This document shows positions 20,065 through 30,416 of a stretch of 64,000 bases of DNA, piece by piece. Numbering within the stretch: position 1 is the first letter of the stretch; each line of letters starts with the position of its first letter. Source of the stretch: Terriglobia bacterium (lineage in GTDB: Bacteria; Acidobacteriota; Terriglobia; 2-12-FULL-54-10). The position numbers were made by a program, and so were the translations under genes. The notes under the pieces are model-generated. The model worked only from the letters and a program-made list of their open reading frames with translations. It did not search any database and was not told where the DNA came from. Location: the NCBI GenBank assembly GCA_963666975.2, contig CAXVYR010000004.1, positions 512,001 to 576,000 of the forward strand. The letters run 5' to 3'.

Positions 20065-22284
20065 CTAACGGATGGTTACCGTTGCCTGCGCTCCTGTGAC
20101 CGGGGAAAATTCCTGCGTGGGGCTGCGAACATCTGCAGGGAAAATCAGGAGGGAGGTCGTGCCTGGCCGGAGCGTCTCAAACGTCAACGTCGCCAGACTC
20201 CCGCTTCCGGATACTCCGCCGCTGCCGGGTGGCCGGGTCAGCGTGATGGTGGCTTTCCCGGACTGTTCCTCTATCCGCTGGACGACGGCAATCGGTTGCC
20301 CGTCCCGGCCCAGAAAACTCCCATTCCTCACCTTCGAGAGCTTCAAGTAGTCGGTCTCGTAGGAGACCTCCAACGGAATGGAAAACAGATCCCGGGCGTT
20401 CTCAATCCTCAAATTCACCTGGAAGGTTTCCTCCGCCCCCTCCTCCAAGCGAAATGGCTGAAAACGCAAACTGGCCGGGGCAACCGACGCGCTGCCGGAA
20501 GGCTCCTCGGACGGTGATTCTGCATCCACCTCCGGCGTGCTGCGGCTATTGCGCAAACGGATGTCCCCTTCCCGTCCCACATCCAATGCTCTCCGGTTGA
20601 GATCGGAAATCTCCCGCAGGCGCACCGTACGCGGCCTCAGCACGATCAACACTTCATCTTCCGCCAGCGTCGTGCTCGTATTGGAAAACAGGTAGCGCAG
20701 GATAGGAATCTGCGAGAGACCGGGCACTCCGCTCACCGTCTTGGTGACCTGCGTTTGCAGAATGCCGCCCAGAACGTTGGCCTCGCCCTCGCGCAGGCGG
20801 ATATCGTGCTCAATGACGCGCTGCCCGATGATCGGCTGCTGGATTCCGCCGATGTCCACCTCCGAAGTCACAGCGGAGATTTCGATGCGCACCTTCAAGG
20901 TAATTTCGCGGTTGGCGTGCACTTTGGGAGTGATGTCCAAGTTCACGCCCACATCGATGTATTGAAACTGGGTCTGCACAGCACCGACCCCCCCAAGGGT
21001 TGGTTGGAAGGCCCCGGTCGCGATGGGCACGCGGTCGCCAATGCGCAACGTGGCCTGCTGGCCGTCGGAGGCTCTGATCTGCGGCCTCTGTAAAATCTTG
21101 GTGTTGGAATCGCTCAGCAAGGCGTTCAGATTGGCTCCCGGCAGAATAAGCGAGAAATCCGAAGAGGCCAAGTTGCCCAGCCGGTTCAAAGCAATCGCCC
21201 CGCCACCGTCCCCCCCGGCGGCTTGGCCGGGATTGAAGATAAGCGGCACCTGCACGCCAGAAGCGCCTCCTGAAACAGGGAACAGGCCCAGGTCACGGGT
21301 CTTATCGCGGCGCACCTCCATCACCAGCACATCCACCACGATTTCCGGCTTCGCTTTGTCCACGTCCCGGATGATTTTCTCGGCCAGAGCCACTTTGTCG
21401 GGCGTATCGCGAATGATGATGGCGTTCATCGAGTTGATCTGCTGGATGCGGCGCGTCTCGAGCAGCGTCCGGATCGCAGTCACCACCTCGGTCAGTTCCT
21501 GCGGGGTAATGATGTTGGACAAATAAAAGGTCTTGATAACCTGCTGCTCCTGCTCCCGGCGCTTCACCGTGGTGTCGGGCACAACCAGGATGGTATTGCG
21601 CGTCAAAACCTTCCAAAATGTCTTGGTCAGCAAAGCCGTCTGGTCGAGCGCCTCTTCCAGCACAACATTGTCCAGCTCCACCGTGATGCGAGTGACAACA
21701 TAGTCCGGGTCAAACAGCACATTAATTCCCGCCAGCCTCCCGATGGTCTCAAACACGACTTTGGCGTCGTTTGTCATGCGCAGATTAACAGGCTCCCGCG
21801 ACAGGGGCTGCAACTCGGGCGGACCGAGCGCTTCCTCCAACCGCGAATCTGCAGCAATGGCTTCCTCCATATCCTCTGCCGGAGGAGCCTGCTGTGCTTC
21901 CATCAGCGCGAGGGTAGTGTCAATCTGCTGTTTGGCGATGACGCTCGAAGGATCGATCGCGTAGGCCTGCTCGAATTCCGCCAGAGCTTCGCTGAGCCTT
22001 CCCTGCTCTTGCAGCCGGTTTCCCCGTTCCACATGATTGGTTCCCGCCAGGAATTGGGTCCTCCGATAGGCGATGATAAATTGCGGATTTTGGGGGTCGA
22101 GGTCGAACGCTTTTTTGTATTGGAAGAAGGCTTCGTCGTAGTTCTCGCGCACCTCGGCCTGCTTGCCCGCTTCGTATTCATCGTCGCCCTTGGCGGCATT
22201 CGCCATCGGCGCTAGGAATTGAACGCCGAGCAGAACTACAAGCCAGGATGTCGTCCAAAGTGACATCCATCTGCGCTGTGACAT
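20065..22284 (-). CDS. Secretin (GspD-like) with N-terminal TPR and C-terminal cohesin-like domain
   Basis: IGDRVPI, DVGVNLDITP, VPGLSQIPILRYLF; C-terminal GSGSLATLTF. Confidence 0.85.
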   Translation of the reverse strand: MSQRRWMSLWTTSWLVVLLGVQFLAPMANAAKGDDEYEAGKQAEVRENYDEAFFQYKKAFDLDPQNPQFIIAYRRTQFLAGTNHVERGNRLQEQGRLSEALAEFEQAYAIDPSSVIAKQQIDTTLALMEAQQAPPAEDMEEAIAADSRLEEALGPPELQPLSREPVNLRMTNDAKVVFETIGRLAGINVLFDPDYVVTRITVELDNVVLEEALDQTALLTKTFWKVLTRNTILVVPDTTVKRREQEQQVIKTFYLSNIITPQELTEVVTAIRTLLETRRIQQINSMNAIIIRDTPDKVALAEKIIRDVDKAKPEIVVDVLVMEVRRDKTRDLGLFPVSGGASGVQVPLIFNPGQAAGGDGGGAIALNRLGNLASSDFSLILPGANLNALLSDSNTKILQRPQIRASDGQQATLRIGDRVPIATGAFQPTLGGVGAVQTQFQYIDVGVNLDITPKVHANREITLKVRIEISAVTSEVDIGGIQQPIIGQRVIEHDIRLREGEANVLGGILQTQVTKTVSGVPGLSQIPILRYLFSNTSTTLAEDEVLIVLRPRTVRLREISDLNRRALDVGREGDIRLRNSRSTPEVDAESPSEEPSGSASVAPASLRFQPFRLEEGAEETFQVNLRIENARDLFSIPLEVSYETDYLKLSKVRNGSFLGRDGQPIAVVQRIEEQSGKATITLTRPPGSGGVSGSGSLATLTFETLRPGTTSLLIFPADVRSPTQEFSPVTGAQATVTIR

Positions 22285-22510
22285 ACTTGCCTCCCTTCAC
22301 ACTTCTGCCGGGGAGTTAGCCTGAGGCTAACAGGGAATGCGCTTGCACTGGTTTTTAGTGTAGCACAGCTTCCGGCGCAGGGACGCCTCTGAGTAGTGCT
22401 CAAAATAGACCTGCTATTACTGTTGAAGGCACACAACCAGATACCCGGCAGTGCCCAAGTAGTACCTAAATAGTTACATCCGACTTATGGTTCGGAAACT
22501 ATCCTGTAAT

Positions 22511-23530
22511 TTAATGATTTGGTTGATGTTGCAGGTCTAATGGCTGGCGTTCCGGCTCTTCCAGTAAATGGCAGGAAACCCATCTTCCCGGAGCGTACTC
22601 TTTGAGGGGAGGCTTCTCCTCCGAGCACCGCTTGAAAGCGTAGGGGCAGCGTGGATGGAACGAGCATCCGCCGGGCCGGTTCACGGGGCTGGGAACATCA
22701 CCGCGCAGCACAATGCGTGTCTTGGCGCGTTCCGCGCGGGGATCGGGCTCCGGAACAGAGGCGAGCAGCGCCTCCGTGTAAGGATGCCGGGGATGGTGAA
22801 AGATATTCTCAGTCGGTCCCAACTCGACGATCTCACCCAGGTACATCACCGCCACGCGATGGCTGAGCAGCGATACCACGCTCAGGTCGTGGGAAATAAA
22901 CAGATAGCTAAGGCCGAGCCGGGCTTGCAACTCCTGCAGCAGGTTCAGAATCTGCGCCTGGATAGAGACGTCCAGCGCCGAGGCCGGCTCGTCGGCCACG
23001 ACCATGGCCGGGTTCAGCGCCAATGCCCGCGCAATCCCGATGCGCTGCCGCTGCCCTCCGCTAAACTCATGGGGGTAACGGAACATGGCCGAAGAATCGA
23101 GACCCACCGTGGCCAACAGTTCCTCCAAACGTCCATTTAGGTTTGTACTCTGGCCGTAATTGCGCAGCGGCTCGGAGATGATCTCCTTCACCATCATGCG
23201 AGGATTGAGCGAGGCGTAGGGGTCCTGGAAGATCATCTGGATTTCCCGGCGCGCCCGGCGCAGTTTTCCGCCATCCAACGCCGCCAAGTTCTCGCCCCGG
23301 AACAGGACCTCCCCCGCCGTGGGTCGCGAGAGTTGCAGGATGGCGCGAGCCAGCGTGGACTTCCCGCAGCCGCTCTCCCCCACCAGGCCCAGCGTCTCCC
23401 CCGCGTCGACCCAGAAGCTGACATCGTCCACGGCTTTAACGATGCGTTCCGCTCCCGCCGCCACCTTCCCGTGGAAGGGGAAATACTTTTTCAGGTGCTT
23501 TACATGCAGAAGGTGGTTATTGGCAGACAT
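22511..23530 (-). CDS. oppF: Oligopeptide ABC transporter ATP-binding subunit
   Basis: GESGCGKS, FSGGQRQR, HPYTEALL, CSFHPRCP. Confidence 0.9.
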   Translation of the reverse strand: MSANNHLLHVKHLKKYFPFHGKVAAGAERIVKAVDDVSFWVDAGETLGLVGESGCGKSTLARAILQLSRPTAGEVLFRGENLAALDGGKLRRARREIQMIFQDPYASLNPRMMVKEIISEPLRNYGQSTNLNGRLEELLATVGLDSSAMFRYPHEFSGGQRQRIGIARALALNPAMVVADEPASALDVSIQAQILNLLQELQARLGLSYLFISHDLSVVSLLSHRVAVMYLGEIVELGPTENIFHHPRHPYTEALLASVPEPDPRAERAKTRIVLRGDVPSPVNRPGGCSFHPRCPYAFKRCSEEKPPLKEYAPGRWVSCHLLEEPERQPLDLQHQPNH

Positions 23531-23570
23531 GGCGTTTTGGCACCTTTGGTTTCAAAACATATTGTCCTAA

Positions 23571-23640
23571 CAGGTTGTTAAACAACACCATTTGTCCGCT
23601 CCCTCACCCCTCGACTTCGCTCGGGGCAGGCTCTCGCGGC
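23571..23640. repeat. One-ended MITE/REP composite inside the opp operon
   Basis: Near-identical to 17640-17709; hairpin unit at 23608-23630. Confidence 0.75.
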
Positions 23641-23646
23641 GATTTT

Positions 23647-24630
23647 TCATTTCTTCTGTGTCACATCCACCCAGCAACTGGCTTGGTGTCCCTCACCCAC
23701 GGCCGCCAGAGACGGCGCTTCCACCTGGCATCGCTCCTGCCGGAACGGGCAGCGGTCATAGAAGGAACATCCGGCGGGCAGCCGCGTGAGGTCGGGCGGA
23801 GTGCCTGCAATCGGCTCCAGCCGCTGCCGGGAACCATTCTCCAGGCGCGGCACGGCGCGCAGCAAGGCCAGCGTGTAAGGGTGACGAGGGTTTGCAAACA
23901 GCTCTTCGGTGGCGGCCATCTCCACCACTCGCCCGGCGTACATCACCGCCACCCGGTCGGCCATGCCGGCCACCACCCCCAGGTTGTGCGTGATGAGAAG
24001 AATGGCGGTGCCGAACTCTTCTTTAATCTTGCGGAACAGTTCCAGCACCTGCGCCTGTATGGTGACGTCCAGCGCCGTGGTCGGCTCATCGGCGATCAGC
24101 ACTTTGGGATTGCCGATCAACGCCATCGCGATCATCACCCGCTGGCGCATGCCGCCGCTGAAGCGGTGAGGATAATCGCTCCAGCGGCTGTCGGGCTCCG
24201 GGATGCCGACCTTTCCCAATATCTCAACAGCCCGGCTCCGCGCCTCCCGGCGGCTGAGCCGGTCGTGAACCAGCAGCGGCTCGGCCACCTGCTCGCCGAT
24301 TGTCAGGAAAGGACTGAGCGAGGTCATGGGGTCCTGAAAGACCATTCCAATCTGCTTGCCCCGGACCTGCTGCAACTCGCGCTCGGCGAGGCCGGCCAAA
24401 TCCCGACCCTCAAAAAGAATTCTGCCACCGACAATTCGCCCCGGTGAGGGGACCAACCGCAGCACCGACAGGCAGGTGACGGTCTTTCCGCTCCCGCTCT
24501 CGCCCACAATGCCGAGCGTTTCCCTTTCGCCGAGGTCCATGCTGACCCCGTCCACGGCCTTGGCCACGCCATGCCCTGTGAAGAAGTGCGTCTTCAAATC
24601 CTGAAAGGAAAGAATTGGATTCTGAGCCAA
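23647..24630 (-). CDS. oppD: Oligopeptide ABC transporter ATP-binding subunit
   Basis: [30 protein letters not shown]. Confidence 0.9.
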   Translation of the reverse strand: MAQNPILSFQDLKTHFFTGHGVAKAVDGVSMDLGERETLGIVGESGSGKTVTCLSVLRLVPSPGRIVGGRILFEGRDLAGLAERELQQVRGKQIGMVFQDPMTSLSPFLTIGEQVAEPLLVHDRLSRREARSRAVEILGKVGIPEPDSRWSDYPHRFSGGMRQRVMIAMALIGNPKVLIADEPTTALDVTIQAQVLELFRKIKEEFGTAILLITHNLGVVAGMADRVAVMYAGRVVEMAATEELFANPRHPYTLALLRAVPRLENGSRQRLEPIAGTPPDLTRLPAGCSFYDRCPFRQERCQVEAPSLAAVGEGHQASCWVDVTQKK

Positions 24631-24639
24631 CCGGTCTCC

Positions 24640-25545
24640 TTAATCGAGGCGCAAACGGGGATCGAGAGCGTCCCGCAGGCCGTCGCCGAGAAAGTTTAAG
24701 GAAAACAGCACCGCCGCCAAAACCGCCGCCGGGAAAAACACCAGCCAGGGAAACAATCCCATCACGGTCGCGCCGTCGCTGATCAGCGTGCCCCAACTGG
24801 ATCGAGGGGCTTGAATTCCCAGACCCAGGAAGCTCAAAAAAGCCTCCTGCAAGATCACCGCCGGAACGGTCAGCGTAGCATACACAACGATGGGACCAAG
24901 CATGTTGGGCAGCAGGTGCCGGAACAAGATGCCTGCGCCGCCGGTGCCCGACAGCCGCGCCGCCTCAATGAATTCGGCTTGTTTGAGCGAAAGCACCTGA
25001 CCCCGCACGATCCGCGCCATGGTCAGCCATTGCACCAGCCCCAGGGCGACAAACAGCATCAGGATGCTTTGCGAGAAAAACACGAGCAGGATAATGACCA
25101 GAAACAAATAGGGCAGTGCGTAGAGGAAATCCACAAAGCGCATCATCCACTCATCCGCCCGCCCGCCGCGGTATCCGGCTATTGCGCCGTACAATACCCC
25201 GATCACCAGGCTCACCAGCGTGCCGACCAAGCCCACCGCGAGCGAAATCTGCCCGCCGTGCAGCACACGGCTGAACACGTCCCGCCCCAGCGTGTCGGTC
25301 CCCATCCAGTGACGCAAGCTCGGCGGCGTGGCCCCCAGCCGCAGGTCGGTTTCCTGATAGGGGTAGGGAGCCAGCCAGGAAGCCAGTATGGATGCCACAA
25401 CCACCACGGCAAGAACCGCGGCGCAGACCACCACCATCCGGCTCCGCCACATCTGCCTCCAGGCCAGCGCCCACAGGCTGGTCCCGCGAGCGGCTGCCGA
25501 CGGCACGGGTTGAGAGATGGAGGCCATTGTTTTTCCCAACCTCAC
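24640..25545 (-). CDS. oppC: Oligopeptide ABC transporter permease
   Basis: GTDTLGRD, EFIEAAR, LGDGLRDALDPR. Confidence 0.9.
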   Translation of the reverse strand: MRLGKTMASISQPVPSAAARGTSLWALAWRQMWRSRMVVVCAAVLAVVVVASILASWLAPYPYQETDLRLGATPPSLRHWMGTDTLGRDVFSRVLHGGQISLAVGLVGTLVSLVIGVLYGAIAGYRGGRADEWMMRFVDFLYALPYLFLVIILLVFFSQSILMLFVALGLVQWLTMARIVRGQVLSLKQAEFIEAARLSGTGGAGILFRHLLPNMLGPIVVYATLTVPAVILQEAFLSFLGLGIQAPRSSWGTLISDGATVMGLFPWLVFFPAAVLAAVLFSLNFLGDGLRDALDPRLRLD

Positions 25546-26477
25546 CCGCTCAATTCGGGCGCATGGTATTCAACGCGCGGGTCCATAAACTTGTAAAGGA
25601 TGTCCACGACCATGTTGGCCAGGATCAGCAGGACCGCGTAAAACAGCACGGTCCCCATCACCGTGGTGTAGTCGCGGCTGAAGGCCGACTCCACAAAGTA
25701 GCGTCCCAGCCCCGGAATAGCGAAAATCTTTTCCACCACAATCGAGCCCGTCACCAGGTGAGCCACTGCCGGACCGAGAAAAGAAACCACCGGAAGCAGC
25801 GACCCGTTGAGGGCGTGCTTCCACAGGAGACGAAACCTGCCGACCCCCTTGGCGCGGGCCGTACGAATGTAGTCCTGTCCCAGCACCTCCAGCATCCCGG
25901 CGCGCGTGAGCCGTGCAATGTAGACGGCGTAGAGCATCCCCAGCGTGACCGACGGCAGCACCATCTGCTCGGGCGAACCCCACAGGCCGGGAGGGAACCA
26001 ATACAGGGTCAGCGAAAAAACAAAGATCAGCAAAGGACCCAGCACGAAGTTCGGGATCGCGATGCCGAGCAAGACAACCGACATCGTGAGATAGTCCACA
26101 AAGGTGCGATGCTTCACCGCTGAGAGGACGCCCGCCGGTATGCCCACCAGCAACGCGAAGGCCAGCGCCGCAATGCCCAACTGGAGGCTAACCGGAAAAC
26201 CATCGGCGATGATTTGGTTCACGGTGCGCTCGGGATACTTGTAGGAGGGGCCCAGGTCACCGCGCAGCAGGTTCCGCATGTAGCGGCCGTACTGCACCCA
26301 GAGCGGCTGATCGAGGCCGAACTTGGCGTCCAGGTTCGCGCGAATCTCCGGCGGTATGGCTCTTTCGGAAAGGAACGGACCGCCCGGAGCCAGGCGCATG
26401 ATGAAGAAGGTGGTGGTGGCGACCAGAAAGATTACGGGAATGGAGATGAGCAGGCGGCGGAGAATGAACCTAACCAC
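25542..26477 (-). CDS. oppB: Oligopeptide ABC transporter permease
   Basis: APGGPF, DYIRTARAKG, DILYKFMDPRV. Confidence 0.9.
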   Translation of the reverse strand: MVRFILRRLLISIPVIFLVATTTFFIMRLAPGGPFLSERAIPPEIRANLDAKFGLDQPLWVQYGRYMRNLLRGDLGPSYKYPERTVNQIIADGFPVSLQLGIAALAFALLVGIPAGVLSAVKHRTFVDYLTMSVVLLGIAIPNFVLGPLLIFVFSLTLYWFPPGLWGSPEQMVLPSVTLGMLYAVYIARLTRAGMLEVLGQDYIRTARAKGVGRFRLLWKHALNGSLLPVVSFLGPAVAHLVTGSIVVEKIFAIPGLGRYFVESAFSRDYTTVMGTVLFYAVLLILANMVVDILYKFMDPRVEYHAPELSG

Positions 26478-28179
26478 CGTTTCCCTCCTGACCGTTTCCC
26501 TCCTGACCGTTCCCCTCCTGACCGTTCCCCTCCTGGTTGTCCACCTTCTGTTGCCAGTTATGATCGATCCAGACGTGGTTCAGGGGATGCATATCCAGGA
26601 TGGTGGGATAGAGACCGCGCACATAGGGTTTGATCAGCGAATTGCTAACGTAGGTGTAAATCGGCAGGACCGGAAGGTCTTCTAGAAGGGTCGCCTCGGC
26701 CTGCTGCAAGATATGCATCCTGCGGGCCGGGTCTATTTCCAGCCGGGCCAGGCGAAGAAAGCTGTCGTACAGGGAGTTTTTCCATCCCGTGTTGTTGTTG
26801 CCGTTGTCGCTCTCCATCAGGTCTGTGAAGGTGCTGGGATCGGGGTAATCAGCGATCCATCCCCGGCGGGCAATGTCATAATCCATGTTATCCATCGACT
26901 TCAAATACGACGCCCACTCCTCGTTCCGTATGGTGACTTGAATATTCAGGTTCTTGGCCCACATCTGCTGGATGGCCTCGGCAATCTTCTTATGGCTTTC
27001 GAGTGAGTTAAAGAGGATGTTCAAGACCGGGAACCCCTCCCCGTTGGGGTATCCGGCCTCGGCCAGGAGGCGCGCCGCCTGCTCCGGATCATATTCCGGG
27101 CCGGGCGGCGATTGGTAATCGTCAAACCCCACCGGAACAAAATGGGCGGTAGGAATCTGACCGCCCCGTAAAAGGTCATCGGTAATGGCGCGTCGGTCGA
27201 GAGCCATTGCCAGCGCACGTCGCACCAGCCGATTGTCGAGACCAGGACGGTTGGTATTGAAAGAATAATAATAGATTGTCAGGAACGGCCCCGACTCAAG
27301 ATCCCGGAAGCGGCCCCGCATATATGTAACGTACTCGGGGGGGAACCCCCCGCTTGTCACCCAATCAATCATGCCGGATTCATACATGTTGGCGGAGGTG
27401 TGCAGGTCGTCAACCGAGTAGGCGATGACCCGCTCCAGGCGCACGTTGTCCGCGTCCCAGTAGTGCGGATTCGGCACAAATTCCATTTGGGCGTTAGCGC
27501 GGTGCTCCACAAGGAGGAAAGGGCCATTGCCCACGACGTGCTCAGGGGCTGTCCAACGCGCCCCATGCTCCTCGACCACGTGCGCCGGAACCGGCATATA
27601 GGTGTAAAAGGTGGTGAGGTACAAAAAAAAGGGGGTTGGTTGTTGCAACTTCACCTGGAGCGTGTAGTCGTCGAGCGCCCGCAGGCCCAATTGGGAGGAA
27701 TCTTTTAGCTGCCCTTGGTTGTACCGCTGACCGTTCTCAACATAATACAAGATATTTGCGTAGCTCGATGCGGTTTCAGGATCGAGCGCGCGGGTCCAGG
27801 AATACACAAAGTCGTGCGCCGTGATCGGCCTGCCGTCCGACCAGACGGCCTCTTTACGAAGATAGAAGGTATATGTGACTTGGTCGGGAGAAAGCTCCCA
27901 CCGCTCCGCCGCCCCTGGCCTGGGCTGGAGAGTCTGGGGATCATTTACGGTCAGCCCCTCAAAGAGCAGCCGCGCGATGCGCCCATCAGGTTGACCTGAC
28001 ATGAGGGCCGGGTCCAGATATTCGGGCTCCGCGCCGTTGTTGAAGCGAAAGACGTTCCCCTCGGGAGGGTCCACCTTCCCGAAATACTCCGAGTGACGCT
28101 GGCAGCCTGACGCCAAAAGCAGGACCGCCGCGAACCATAAGAGGGACTTGGGAAAGACAGACTTTGCGGATTGCGTCAT
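26470..28179 (-). CDS. oppA: Oligopeptide ABC transporter substrate-binding lipoprotein
   Basis: Lipobox LASGC, EPEYLDP, WSDGRPITAHDFVYSW, GWIADYPDP; C-terminal (QEGNG)4. Confidence 0.9.
   Translation of the reverse strand: MTQSAKSVFPKSLLWFAAVLLLASGCQRHSEYFGKVDPPEGNVFRFNNGAEPEYLDPALMSGQPDGRIARLLFEGLTVNDPQTLQPRPGAAERWELSPDQVTYTFYLRKEAVWSDGRPITAHDFVYSWTRALDPETASSYANILYYVENGQRYNQGQLKDSSQLGLRALDDYTLQVKLQQPTPFFLYLTTFYTYMPVPAHVVEEHGARWTAPEHVVGNGPFLLVEHRANAQMEFVPNPHYWDADNVRLERVIAYSVDDLHTSANMYESGMIDWVTSGGFPPEYVTYMRGRFRDLESGPFLTIYYYSFNTNRPGLDNRLVRRALAMALDRRAITDDLLRGGQIPTAHFVPVGFDDYQSPPGPEYDPEQAARLLAEAGYPNGEGFPVLNILFNSLESHKKIAEAIQQMWAKNLNIQVTIRNEEWASYLKSMDNMDYDIARRGWIADYPDPSTFTDLMESDNGNNNTGWKNSLYDSFLRLARLEIDPARRMHILQQAEATLLEDLPVLPIYTYVSNSLIKPYVRGLYPTILDMHPLNHVWIDHNWQQKVDNQEGNGQEGNGQEGNGQEGNGG
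26476..26535. repeat. 15-bp tandem repeat x4
   Basis: ACCGTT[T/C]CCCTCCTG x4 at the oppA/oppB junction. Confidence 0.9.
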
Positions 28180-28392
28180 GGTGGCAATAAACCTTTCCCG
28201 CCCGCTTTCGTCCATGCAGTCAGGCAACGGGCGTCGGCTCTGTTCCATCCGGCACAAAAAGGAACTCAGATTGACCCGTCACCTTCTCACTCAATTCAAT
28301 TTACTTACGCTCATTTCAATTTACAATGGTTGAGGGAGCTTGCCAAGGGCCGCATCGGGGAGAATTCTTCCTCCTCCGAGCACGGGATAAAA

Positions 28393-28869
28393 ATGAAGGA
28401 AGAAAAAAAGGAAGCAAGGAAAGTTTTCAACGCCAACCGGCAGGCCGCGCACCACTATCACCTTCTCGAACGCTTCGAGGCGGGGCTGGTTTTGACGGGC
28501 ACCGAGGTGAAGGCCATCCGCAGCGGGAAGGTCAACCTGAAGGAAAGCTATGCGGCCATCCGCAATGGAGAGGCATGGCTGCTGAACTGCCACATCAGCC
28601 CCTACGCCTTCGGCAACCGGGAGAACCACGAACCGCTGCGCAGCCGCAAGCTGCTGCTGCACCAGCAGGAGCTGCGCCGGCTCACCGGAAAGGTGACCGA
28701 GCGCGGGCTGACGCTGGTCCCGACGCAGATGTACCTGAAAAAGGGCCGCATCAAGTGCGAAATTGCCCTGGCAAAGGGAAAGAAATTGTACGATAAACGG
28801 GAGACGGAGCGGCGCAAGACCGCCGACAAGGAGGCGCGCCAGGCCGTCAAACACGGGAGATACACTTAG
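28393..28869 (+). CDS. smpB: SsrA-binding protein
   Basis: EAGLVLTGTEVKAIR, RKLLLH, KGKKLYDKRE. Confidence 0.95.
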   Translation: MKEEKKEARKVFNANRQAAHHYHLLERFEAGLVLTGTEVKAIRSGKVNLKESYAAIRNGEAWLLNCHISPYAFGNRENHEPLRSRKLLLHQQELRRLTGKVTERGLTLVPTQMYLKKGRIKCEIALAKGKKLYDKRETERRKTADKEARQAVKHGRYT

Positions 28870-28877
28870 GAGGTCGG

Positions 28878-30407
28878 ATGGAAATCGAGTTGAGTTTTGC
28901 CAGCCCAGAGAAGGTGGAAACGGAGGGGTTGGTCGTCCCTGTCTGCGAAAGAAAAAAAGGAGCAAAAGGACAAGAAGGTTTGGGCAGCCGAGCGAAGAGC
29001 CTGGACCAGGCTCTCGGCGGCCTCCTCCGGAAGTTGCTGGACTCCGGCGAGGTGAAGGGGAAACTGCTGGAAACCTCCCTGCTGCACCTGCCGTCTGGTC
29101 TCGGAGCCAGGCGGCTGCTGCTGGTCGGTTGCGGCCCGCAAGAGAAGTTTTCCGCCTTCGAGCTGCGCAAGGTGGCCGGGACAGCGGTTAGATTTCTGAA
29201 GGCAAAATCCATTTCCTCCTGCGCCTTTTTGCTGGAGGACTTCTGCGGAACTAAGACAGGAGACGAGGCAAGCGCGTCGCGGGCCATAGTAGAGGGCAGC
29301 ATCATAGGCAATTTTGAGACGAACAAATATAAAAGCGAGAAGGATTCCCATGAAATGGCGGCGGTGACCCTGGCCGGCGTCTCCAAGAAAAATGAAACGG
29401 CCTTGCAGGCAGCCACCCGGGAGGCGCAGATCGTAGCCGAGTCGCAGAACTTCGCACGCGACTTGGTGAACGAACCAGGCAACCTCCTGACCCCTGCCAT
29501 CCTGGCCGAGCGCGCCCGCCGGATGGCGGCGGAGGTGGGGCTGGAATGCGAGATTCTGGACAAGCAAAAGATCACCGAGTTGAAGATGGGGGCGTTCCTT
29601 TCGGTCAGCCTGGGGAGCGATGAGCCGCCTTGCATGATCGTGCTCCGCTACCTCCCTGCGCAGGCGCCGCCGAGTCCGGTCCTGGGCCTGGTCGGCAAAG
29701 GCATTACGTTTGACAGCGGAGGCATCTCCATCAAACCCGCCGCGGACATGGACAAGATGAAATACGACATGGCCGGCGGCGCCACCATGCTGGGCGTCAT
29801 CCGCGCCGTGGCCTTGCTGAAGCCGAACGTACGAGTCGTTGCCGTGGTGCCCGCATCGGAGAACCTGCTGGGCGGCAAGGCCCAAAAACCGGGAGACATC
29901 CAGACCTCCATGTCCGGCAAAACGATCGAGGTCCTCAACACCGACGCCGAGGGACGGCTGGTGCTGGCCGATGCGCTGACCTACGCCCATCAGGTGCTGG
30001 GCTGCACACACCTGATTGACGCCGCCACGCTCACGGGCGCCTGCGCGGTCGCTCTGGGATCGGTCAACGCGGGAGTCTTTGGATCGGACGAGAGCCTCGT
30101 CGAGCGGCTGCTCGAAAGCTCCCGGACGGCGGGTGAAAAAATGTGGCGGCTGCCCCTGGATGACGAGTATAAAGAACAATTGCGGAGCGCCTTCGCCGAC
30201 CTGCCGAATATCGCCGGGCGCTACGGAGGAGCCATCACGGCCGCTCACTTCCTGAAGGAATTCACCGCCGATCTGCCGTGGACCCATCTGGATATCGCCG
30301 GCACGGCATGGCTCGATGACAACAAGCCGCACATGTCAAAGGGTCCCTCGGGCGTGGCGGTGCGGACACTGACTCAACTCGTGCTGGATTTTGCCGGCCA
30401 ATCCTAA
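28878..30407 (+). CDS. pepA: Leucyl aminopeptidase (M17)
   Basis: GKGITFDSGG, MKYDMAG, NTDAEGRL, HLDIAG. Confidence 0.95.
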   Translation: MEIELSFASPEKVETEGLVVPVCERKKGAKGQEGLGSRAKSLDQALGGLLRKLLDSGEVKGKLLETSLLHLPSGLGARRLLLVGCGPQEKFSAFELRKVAGTAVRFLKAKSISSCAFLLEDFCGTKTGDEASASRAIVEGSIIGNFETNKYKSEKDSHEMAAVTLAGVSKKNETALQAATREAQIVAESQNFARDLVNEPGNLLTPAILAERARRMAAEVGLECEILDKQKITELKMGAFLSVSLGSDEPPCMIVLRYLPAQAPPSPVLGLVGKGITFDSGGISIKPAADMDKMKYDMAGGATMLGVIRAVALLKPNVRVVAVVPASENLLGGKAQKPGDIQTSMSGKTIEVLNTDAEGRLVLADALTYAHQVLGCTHLIDAATLTGACAVALGSVNAGVFGSDESLVERLLESSRTAGEKMWRLPLDDEYKEQLRSAFADLPNIAGRYGGAITAAHFLKEFTADLPWTHLDIAGTAWLDDNKPHMSKGPSGVAVRTLTQLVLDFAGQS

Positions 30408-30416
30408 GGGCTTTCT

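Noticed and set aside
28866-30332. Long antisense ORFs (also 43256-44782, 53077-54372, 10627-11685, 39547-40509, 63436-63933)
   Set aside because: Shadows of well-supported genes on the opposite strand in GC-rich DNA; no motifs.
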